DNA of 64,000 nt, from the IMG/VR virus record IMGVR_UViG_3300042431_000223, positions 11,006 through 75,005 of that record; one strand, 5' to 3'. Of the stretch, positions 57,852 to 64,000 are shown one piece after another. Numbering within the stretch: the stretch's first letter is position 1; each line of letters starts with the position of its first letter. The DNA comes from a virus. Taxonomy: Duplodnaviria > Caudoviricetes. Both the position numbers and the translations under genes were made by a program. The notes under the pieces were generated by a model. The model did not search any database, was not told the DNA's origin, and was given only the letters and a program-made list of their open reading frames with translations.

Positions 57852-59156
57852 TTATGAATATGAATGAGTTAGGCGACCTGTCCAGGTCACATTGTTTGCT
57901 GTGGTAGTTAAGACGTTTCCATCTGTGAGGACTTGAATCCTTGTTATTTTCCAAACTGCGTTTGCTTCAGGACTTAACTGAGGGGCTCTTCCTACGTAAG
58001 AATATACTCCTTGGTAGTCATGACGAACAGTCGCAGTAGATGAGGTGGTATTAACCCACTTAGTACCGTTATAGGACAAAGTTTGTCCTGTTTGGAGGCT
58101 AGTAAGTTGAACGTCTGATAGGTTAGCGATTTGAGAAATCAACCCAGTAAGTTGAGAACCATCAATTGCAGGAAGCTTTCCTAACCCGTCTAATCTAACT
58201 AATTGGTTTACTCCATTAAACGTATTTCCTTGTTGGGTTACGTTTGCCGATAGTCTCGCATCTGGGAGTAATCCGCTTGTTATGTTTGAAGCAATTGTAG
58301 CATTTACGTTAGGTACGTTATCCAATCCTACCTGTGCCTTAGTGACGTTGTGAGGATTAGACGTATTTGCTATGTGTGCGTTTGTTGTGCCCTTTGCACT
58401 AATTATTTGACTTTGCAGCTTACCTAATCCTTGTAAAAGATTATCTGTTCCTTCTACCTGAACATCAGCTCCACTGCTAAATCCCGTAAGGACAGTAGTG
58501 CGAACTCTAGCTGGAGTAAAGTATTGGTTAGTGCCTTCAGCTAAATTGGTTGTTGTCTTAGTAGCTAACGAAGCATCAAACTTTGTTTCTGTATAATAAA
58601 AATTACTAACTCCCTGAGTTATAGTATCAGTAGTAAGTATAACATCTCCTGTTAACGTGTTTACACTTCTTACATTACCCGTACTATTAATTGTCAATGT
58701 TCCCAATCCTGGGTTATAGTTTAGAGTAACATTGGCACCTGCTTTCAACAAGTCTGCTACTCTAGTATCAATTCTTGTATTGGTAATGTATTTATTAGTA
58801 GTGCCCTCAGGGATATCGTCTGTGTTCAGACTTACGAATCCTGTTTTAGTATTGACACTTCTTACGTCTCCTAGTGCGCTAATTGTAATGGTCTCGGCTA
58901 AATCATTTATGGTAAAAGAAACTCCAGTACCAGCTTGGATCATTTGGAAAACCTTAGACTTAACCCGAGAGTTTGTATAGTAAAGATTCCCTCCCTCAGG
59001 CAATGAGTCCGTGCTCTTTCCTAAAAAAGCAGCAGCCGTAACTGTACTTACATCAGCGATAGATGTAATACCTGCCTTTATAACAACAACTTTATCAGTA
59101 TTGATAAGAGAAGATGCTAAAGGTAATTGGGTGGTTCTTGTTTCTTTGGTTGCCAT
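57852..59156 (-). CDS. Fibre protein with internal repeats (434 aa)
   Basis: Four T-D/N-x-x-(E/Q)G...Y(Y/F/I)T repeats, two VRSVNTxTG repeats, HIANTSNPHNVTKAQVGL phage-tail repeat. Confidence 0.7.
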   Translation of the reverse strand: MATKETRTTQLPLASSLINTDKVVVIKAGITSIADVSTVTAAAFLGKSTDSLPEGGNLYYTNSRVKSKVFQMIQAGTGVSFTINDLAETITISALGDVRSVNTKTGFVSLNTDDIPEGTTNKYITNTRIDTRVADLLKAGANVTLNYNPGLGTLTINSTGNVRSVNTLTGDVILTTDTITQGVSNFYYTETKFDASLATKTTTNLAEGTNQYFTPARVRTTVLTGFSSGADVQVEGTDNLLQGLGKLQSQIISAKGTTNAHIANTSNPHNVTKAQVGLDNVPNVNATIASNITSGLLPDARLSANVTQQGNTFNGVNQLVRLDGLGKLPAIDGSQLTGLISQIANLSDVQLTSLQTGQTLSYNGTKWVNTTSSTATVRHDYQGVYSYVGRAPQLSPEANAVWKITRIQVLTDGNVLTTTANNVTWTGRLTHSYS

Positions 59157-59494
59157 TAAATTAAAAGCCTTTCGTCATTTTCTGTTATTAAGTAACCGTT
59201 TTCGCCTATTCCGTCGTAAAGAAGATAAGCTACTGTTCTGTAAGGTTCCGTAAAATACATAGCCCCATTGGGTAAGCCAGAATTGGTTCTAATGTAGGTT
59301 ATGTAATTTCCGTCTACGGAATCAATGTGCAGTTCTTTTCCTATGAGAGTAACGCCATCTAATAAGTGTACTTTAGCTCTAATTACACTAAAGTCATAGT
59401 TATTCATGGTTACATTTACACTTCGCTTACTCTTTATGAGTGTAACTAGCTCACCAGCATAGCCATTACCCATAAAGTCAAGTCTTTCTCTCAT
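59156..59494 (-). CDS. Hypothetical protein (112 aa), first gene of the late arm
   Basis: ORF track; directly after the promoter at 59500-59529. Confidence 0.55.
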   Translation of the reverse strand: MRERLDFMGNGYAGELVTLIKSKRSVNVTMNNYDFSVIRAKVHLLDGVTLIGKELHIDSVDGNYITYIRTNSGLPNGAMYFTEPYRTVAYLLYDGIGENGYLITENDERLLI

Positions 59495-59499
59495 ACTTA

Positions 59500-59529
59500 C
59501 AAATATATAACTCTATTAATTAAAGTCAA
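59500..59529 (-). promoter_or_regulatory. Bacteroidota primary-sigma-type promoter (TTG-N19-TATATTTG)
   Basis: Minus strand TTGACTTTAATTAATAGAGTTATATATTTG. Confidence 0.7.
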
Positions 59530-59862
59530 CTCCTAATTTGGTTTAGGCACACTACCCCTTAATAAGGATTATACTTCTTAGGTACAGCCGAAGGTTTTAA
59601 GATTTACTACTTTTTATTTTAAGGTATGTTAATATAACCCCCTGTAGTCCCCCAAAGGTAATATCAAAATCCAAAAAGAACCTAAAAGAAGATTTCAACA
59701 TACATAGAAGTAAAGGTTCCCCCGAAGGGCACGTCTTTTTCCGATAGATACTGACCTTCATAAACTCTATCGTAATTCTCCTATAAAAAAACACAACTCT
59801 TTATACCTGTTTATAAGTCAAAGTAAACCTAAAAGTTTAAATCTTAGCTTTACTTTTGTTCT

Positions 59863-60474
59863 ATGTTAAATGCAAACATCCCTCACTTTAAAGCATTAGT
59901 TAAACGTTCTTACCTTACAAAGAACGAAGAAGATACCGAATACGATAACGTTTATGTCTTTGCTGTACAAAGCGTAGCAGGAAAGATCCTAACCTTCCAC
60001 GTTTTAACCGACTACGGTATGCTTAGATCTAGAGTTCCGTTAAGTTCAGTTTATCTTAAAGAACCTACTGACGATATCCCCTATCACTTCAAACAATTAT
60101 GGGATTGCTTTAGTGAAAACTTAAGTGTAGTTCATTATGACTTCTTAAGTGAGCATCGTTGCCAGGTACTGCTAAAGGATAAAACTAAAGTATGGGCAAC
60201 TTATTTATTTACCGTAGACTGGTTTAACAATCCATATAGTGACGAACCTTCAGACTACAAAGCAGGACACATTCTTGTTGCAGACGACGGATATCTAATG
60301 TGTATGCCCAATAACAGAATATACTGGAAAGACTCTAACTGGGTAACTAAAGATTTCCCTCTTCACCCTACTTCGTACAAAGTAGACACAGAACTACCAA
60401 GTGTAGAGAACCAAAGCGATAGATGGATAGCAGAAGACACAGACTCATACTACTATGACATGAATAAAGACTAG
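59863..60474 (+). CDS. Conserved phage hypothetical protein (203 aa)
   Basis: ORF track; normal globular composition (MLNANIP...RSRVPLSS...QLWDCFS). Confidence 0.75.
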   Translation: MLNANIPHFKALVKRSYLTKNEEDTEYDNVYVFAVQSVAGKILTFHVLTDYGMLRSRVPLSSVYLKEPTDDIPYHFKQLWDCFSENLSVVHYDFLSEHRCQVLLKDKTKVWATYLFTVDWFNNPYSDEPSDYKAGHILVADDGYLMCMPNNRIYWKDSNWVTKDFPLHPTSYKVDTELPSVENQSDRWIAEDTDSYYYDMNKD

Positions 60475-60648
60475 TTAATCTGGGATGCGAAAGCTTGGGT
60501 GTGTTATCGGCCCCAAAATTTTTAACCCCCCGTATCACATCATATCTATGAGAGGGTGGGGGATGTAATATAGTATCCCCCCACGTCGGCAACCCGAACC
60601 GACGTACCCCCGTCAGTTTTGCAGAGGTTTATTCTGTTCTATTCTGTC

Positions 60649-60963
60649 ATGATAGATAAATTTAGAAAATTAGTTGCTGTCGCGGAAGAGATGGCAACTT
60701 CGTGGAACGAGAATGAGGTGTGTGTGGATGCAGTTGAAATTCAAGTGGAAGGACATGGAGGCATCGTGCGTCTCGGAAGGATGAGAGAATATGCTGTATA
60801 TCATCCAGACGAGAATCAATACATGCCTGAGTATGCTATGGATTACGATAGCTACTACTACACTTGGATAGATGGTAGGTGGGTGAAGGATGAGCCAATG
60901 ATAGTAGAAGCAAGGAATCCTGTGTGGACAGAAGAGGAAGAGTGGGATGAGTTGCCGTTTTAG
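60649..60963 (+). CDS. Acidic early hypothetical protein (104 aa)
   Basis: The ATG at 60649, after a pyrimidine tract, is preferred to the ORF-track start 60619. Confidence 0.7.
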   Translation: MIDKFRKLVAVAEEMATSWNENEVCVDAVEIQVEGHGGIVRLGRMREYAVYHPDENQYMPEYAMDYDSYYYTWIDGRWVKDEPMIVEARNPVWTEEEEWDELPF

Positions 60964-61008
60964 TGAGAGAGCCTACCTTCGGGTAGGTTTTTTCTTTCTT
61001 CTTCTACT

Positions 61009-61266
61009 ATGATGAACGTAGCTAAAGTATGTTCAAACTTGCCGATGGTAAGAATGAACGATGAGACACTCCTTGATGAAAGAAGTTTAATCGAGGTAAC
61101 AATGGAAGATGGTTCAGGATTTTCCTGGAACATGAAAATGATGGTGAATGATAAAGTGTACAATGCGTACGCAAGATTCACAAACCCTTCATGTAGAATC
61201 GAGTCAATGGTAATTGAAGGAGTACAAGTAAACTTTCATGGTATCATGGCAAAAGTAAACTTGTAA
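61009..61266 (+). CDS. Early hypothetical protein (85 aa)
   Basis: ORF track; preceded by the hairpin/leader element. Confidence 0.7.
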   Translation: MMNVAKVCSNLPMVRMNDETLLDERSLIEVTMEDGSGFSWNMKMMVNDKVYNAYARFTNPSCRIESMVIEGVQVNFHGIMAKVNL

Positions 61267-61310
61267 GAAGAAAACCTGTCCTTCGGGGCAGGTTTATTCT
61301 TTCTTATTCT

Positions 61311-61481
61311 ATGAAGAATGTAACATCTCTCGCAATAGTATTGTTGGTATTAGGATTGATATCAACAATAGGTTCTTACTTGGTACAAGAAGAAGGACTA
61401 AAAGCATGGTTCTATGCATTGGCTTTACTTGGCCAAAGTGTTGGAATACTTGTAATTTGGTTAGAAAATAAGGAACGTTAA
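61311..61481 (+). CDS. Small two-TM membrane protein (56 aa; not in ORF track)
   Basis: Own translation: MKNVTSLAIVLLVLGLISTIGSYLVQEEGLKAWFYALALLGQSVGILVIWLENKER. The leader motif lies directly upstream. Confidence 0.7.
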   Translation: MKNVTSLAIVLLVLGLISTIGSYLVQEEGLKAWFYALALLGQSVGILVIWLENKER

Positions 61482-61506
61482 GTTCCTTTTTTTTCTTTCT
61501 TGTTCT

Positions 61507-61713
61507 ATGGACAATACAGAAGCAACAATCGCAGATGTAGTTACACTTCGTGGCGAAGTCTACCACTACACACATGGCATGTCGTACAGAGAGTTCTGTG
61601 ACAGGAACCCAAACCTTGAAACAAGAAAGGCATGGGATGAAACGACAAGCGATGCAATGGACGCGTACTACGACTGCAAAGAGTACACAGAAAAGAAAGC
61701 AATGGGACAATAG
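61507..61713 (+). CDS. Early hypothetical protein (68 aa)
   Basis: ORF track; leader motif. Confidence 0.7.
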   Translation: MDNTEATIADVVTLRGEVYHYTHGMSYREFCDRNPNLETRKAWDETTSDAMDAYYDCKEYTEKKAMGQ

Positions 61714-61742
61714 TCCCATTGTTTTTTCTTTCTTATTCTACC

Positions 61743-62003
61743 ATGATAGATACACATAAACCACACGTTAAGATTACACAGTACGATCCAGAGAATAGTG
61801 TACTGTTACTACACATTACTTCTGATTTAGGTAATCTAACTGAATTAGTTGTTGACAGTGAATCATTTGCCAATTGGTCAAATGGTATGCTGATTCAAAG
61901 ATGCTTTCCTGAACTTGATTTAGTTACTCGTGAACTATTGATATCAGGAATGGATCCGATAACTCAACAAGAGTTCTTCGGCATTGAAGAAGAAGAGTCC
62001 TAA
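61743..62003 (+). CDS. Early hypothetical protein (86 aa; WSNGMLIQRCFPEL...RELLISG)
   Basis: The ATG at 61743, after the leader motif, is preferred to 61719. Confidence 0.7.
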   Translation: MIDTHKPHVKITQYDPENSVLLLHITSDLGNLTELVVDSESFANWSNGMLIQRCFPELDLVTRELLISGMDPITQQEFFGIEEEES

Positions 62004-62031
62004 CGGACTCTTTTTTTTTCTTTCTTATTGT

Positions 62032-62151
62032 ATGAGAGTTATCGTTATTATATTGATGATTGTAGGATTAGCATCCTGCGCATCAGGTCGTGGACATAGT
62101 TGTAGTAAAGCTAATAAGAACTATTGGCATAATCAACATGCAAACTTTTAA
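62032..62151 (+). CDS. Mini-lipoprotein (39 aa; not in ORF track)
   Basis: Own translation: MRVIVIILMIVGLAS-CASGRGHSCSKANKNYWHNQHANF; LASC lipobox. Confidence 0.65.
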   Translation: MRVIVIILMIVGLASCASGRGHSCSKANKNYWHNQHANF

Positions 62152-62257
62152 AGACTCTTCGGAGTCTTTTTCTTTTCCTTTGTACGGAGAAGAGTCAACC
62201 ACAACCATCTTAAGGAGTAAACAGAGTACGCGGTAGAATTTTTTTCTTTCTTATATT

Positions 62258-62446
62258 ATGGAGAAATATGAATATGTATTCGATGCCTTGGAATCTATCG
62301 TAGTAGATATCCAAGAAGAGTTAATGGAGTCAGAAGACGACTCGCACAAAGAACTACTTAAGCTTGAGGCATCTTTCCTCTTTAACGTAGTAGCCTTGCT
62401 ACACGAAGCTAAAAAGTATCGAGTGCAGATTGAGAAAGGGTCCTAA
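62258..62446 (+). CDS. Early hypothetical protein (62 aa)
   Basis: ORF track; leader motif. Confidence 0.7.
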   Translation: MEKYEYVFDALESIVVDIQEELMESEDDSHKELLKLEASFLFNVVALLHEAKKYRVQIEKGS

Positions 62447-62470
62447 CGGACTTTTTTTCTTTTTGTTTAT

Positions 62471-62614
62471 ATGTCTAATCTAAAACTCAAACCATTACCA
62501 ATCGTCAGAAAATTCCCGAGTGGAACCATTCTTGGACGCATGTACAACGAGAATAACGAATTAGTTAAACTTCGTATCAAACAAGCAGATGCTATATTCT
62601 GGATCTCATTGTAA
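62471..62614 (+). CDS. Early hypothetical protein (47 aa; not in ORF track)
   Basis: Own translation: MSNLKLKPLPIVRKFPSGTILGRMYNENNELVKLRIKQADAIFWISL. Bounded by hairpin elements. Confidence 0.6.
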   Translation: MSNLKLKPLPIVRKFPSGTILGRMYNENNELVKLRIKQADAIFWISL

Positions 62615-62657
62615 GAATAGCCCTGCATACGCAGGGTTTTTTCTTTTCTTTTCTACT

Positions 62658-62975
62658 ATGAGTAATAATACAATAACCATCGAGAAATCCAAGTACCGCG
62701 CGTTACTTGAAAGAGTGTTCCAATTAGAGATTGTAGAACACGGTACACCGTTATCCGAAGCCATCGGTTCAAGAATCGAGTACTACGGATCACACATGAG
62801 ACGCAATGAGATGACGTTAGCTCAAATGCGCTCAGTATTTACAGACATCGCTCTATTATCTGACTACGTAGAGTTAGTAGCAAGCGATGAACAAGAAGTC
62901 CAAGAAGATTTAATCAGGGAAATTGGCAAGGTAGACTTGCGCAAAAACCATGATGATGACACCTTCGGACACTAA
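62658..62975 (+). CDS. Early hypothetical protein (105 aa)
   Basis: The ATG at 62658, after the leader motif, is preferred to 62589. Confidence 0.7.
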   Translation: MSNNTITIEKSKYRALLERVFQLEIVEHGTPLSEAIGSRIEYYGSHMRRNEMTLAQMRSVFTDIALLSDYVELVASDEQEVQEDLIREIGKVDLRKNHDDDTFGH

Positions 62976-63030
62976 CTATTAAACAGAATTAGCCTTACTT
63001 CGGTAAGGTTTTTTCTTTTCTCTTTTACCT

Positions 63031-63369
63031 ATGAGTACCACATTTAACGTAGCTAAGTCTTTGGAAGATATGCTACAAGAAAAACTTTCATCGTTGGAAA
63101 CAACCATGCGCTTTGCTATCAAGTATCAACTTCGTTACTACGAAAGTTGTAAAGAAAAGACTTTGAATCAAGTCTTAGGCAATAGCCAATCTGACTACAA
63201 CTTAGTACAGCACTTCAAGTATCAGGCTACAGTTAAAACAGTTCTTACAGAAATGGAAAGAACTTACTTGGAATACTTCGGTAAACCTTGGGACTACGTA
63301 GAGCCTGCACCCGAAGTAATAGAACCTGTTCGTACTAAGAAACGCGGTCGTCCTTCCAAAGCCAAGTAA
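63031..63369 (+). CDS. Early protein with C-terminal AT-hook-like motif (112 aa)
   Basis: Ends RTKKRGRPSKAK. Confidence 0.7.
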   Translation: MSTTFNVAKSLEDMLQEKLSSLETTMRFAIKYQLRYYESCKEKTLNQVLGNSQSDYNLVQHFKYQATVKTVLTEMERTYLEYFGKPWDYVEPAPEVIEPVRTKKRGRPSKAK

Positions 63370-63405
63370 CACTAACCCCTTCGGGGGTTTTTTCTTTTCC
63401 CTTAC

Positions 63406-63690
63406 ATGAAACTACTTACTCTCATCATAGGAATGTTCCTTGCCACTTCGGTACAGGGACAGAGCAAGCAACTACCAAAGATGTCTTCTGACGACTCTGC
63501 CTTCGTTTTAACTGTAGTTAAAGATATGAAACCCATATCGTACACAGCTACAAAAACTCATCATGGCGTCGTATTAGTAATGGTCTACAAAGACTATACA
63601 CTAATCGAAACACTCGTTGACGGATTCGTTGAAGACTTGGTAGAACTTACTCCAAAAACAGTTTATGTATATCCAAGGGAATCGGAATGA
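63406..63690 (+). CDS. Early secreted protein (94 aa)
   Basis: Signal peptide MKLLTLIIGMFLATSVQG-QSK. Confidence 0.7.
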   Translation: MKLLTLIIGMFLATSVQGQSKQLPKMSSDDSAFVLTVVKDMKPISYTATKTHHGVVLVMVYKDYTLIETLVDGFVEDLVELTPKTVYVYPRESE

Positions 63691-64000
63691 TTCTCTTGGG
63701 TATTTCATTTACTCCGAGCCTACCACAACCATCTTCTTCGCTAATCACAGTACTCGGCCAATTTTTTCTCTCCTATTATACCTTACAATCCTTATACGTA
63801 TATCATAATGGTCCGTAACAACCATCTTACCCTCTAAATAGAGCAGTTAGCCGTAAGTTTTCGTTTAACTAACCTACGAGAACCTTAAACAAAAAGTTAA
63901 ACAAAAGGTCAATGGTCTCAAAAATCACGGGGGTAAGACAAATAAAAGTTAAACAAACGTAATTACCTGACCTCCCTTCGGTCGGTCTTACGCCTTACGG

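Larger units (their letters stand above)
60972..63405 (+). repeat. Ten dispersed hairpin + T-tract + pyrimidine leader elements, one per intergenic gap
   Basis: Stems start at 60972, 61272, 61470, 61700, 61993, 62151, 62436, 62621, 62993 and 63374. Five have C(TTCG)G loops. Each is followed by a T-run and a CTTT(C/T)-type tract. Confidence 0.85.

Noticed and set aside
109-59253. Numerous plus-strand ORFs of 60-160 aa in the ORF track within the late arm
   Set aside because: They are antisense shadows of long minus-strand genes, with Ser/Leu/Phe-rich composition and no leaders.
59597-59794. 65-aa minus-strand ORF in the strand-switch gap
   Set aside because: No leader, atypical composition, lies upstream of the late promoter in a probable regulatory gap.
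59851-59858. TACTTTTG -7 box just before the 59863 ATG (possible leaderless host promoter)
   Set aside because: No TTG at the -33 spacing found in the six other promoters; it may simply be part of the pyrimidine leader.
60368-61759. Minus-strand ORFs (60368..60592, 60960..61181, 61309..61719) and plus-strand 61550..61759
   Set aside because: They overlap better-supported plus-strand genes that each carry the conserved leader element.
60960-63410. CRISPR array or mini-array
   Set aside because: The repeated elements differ in stem sequence and are separated by genes of variable length, not by spacers of constant size.
1-64000. Stop-codon reassignment (TAG to Gln or TGA to Trp), common in crAss-like phages
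   Set aside because: Very long ORFs are intact in the standard code, and tightly packed genes end in TAG (46580, 50021, 60474, 61713) and TGA (63690). No suppressor tRNA was seen.

Overview
A 64-kb piece of a lytic crAss-like (Crassvirales-type) dsDNA phage genome; promoter and signal-peptide features point to a Bacteroidota host. Standard genetic code. Positions 1-59.5 kb are one minus-strand late region. In reading order it holds fibre/receptor-binding genes (59.5-54 kb), a holin plus L,D-transpeptidase-like lysin followed by an unusual cassette of secreted and outer-membrane proteins (53.9-46.6 kb), small DNA-binding genes, large terminase, portal, scaffold, major capsid protein, ring/hub/muzzle tail proteins, and virion cargo/ejection proteins. 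The region ends in a >2000-aa virion RNA polymerase that is truncated by the window edge and absent from the ORF track (GGDYDIDK motif at 1386-1409). From 59.9 kb the strand switches to small plus-strand, early-type genes, nearly every one preceded by a hairpin plus pyrimidine tract. No tRNA, CRISPR array, integrase or replication module was recognised. The two best candidates for an undescribed system are (1) the phage-encoded surface/secretion cassette (T9SS-sorted cohesin/dockerin-like scaffold, dockerin-bearing C-type lectin, CsgG-like lipoprotein, putative beta-barrel, HExxH peptidase) and (2) the terminator-like cassette in front of the early genes. All family assignments come from motifs read by eye and remembered family knowledge; no database searches were run.
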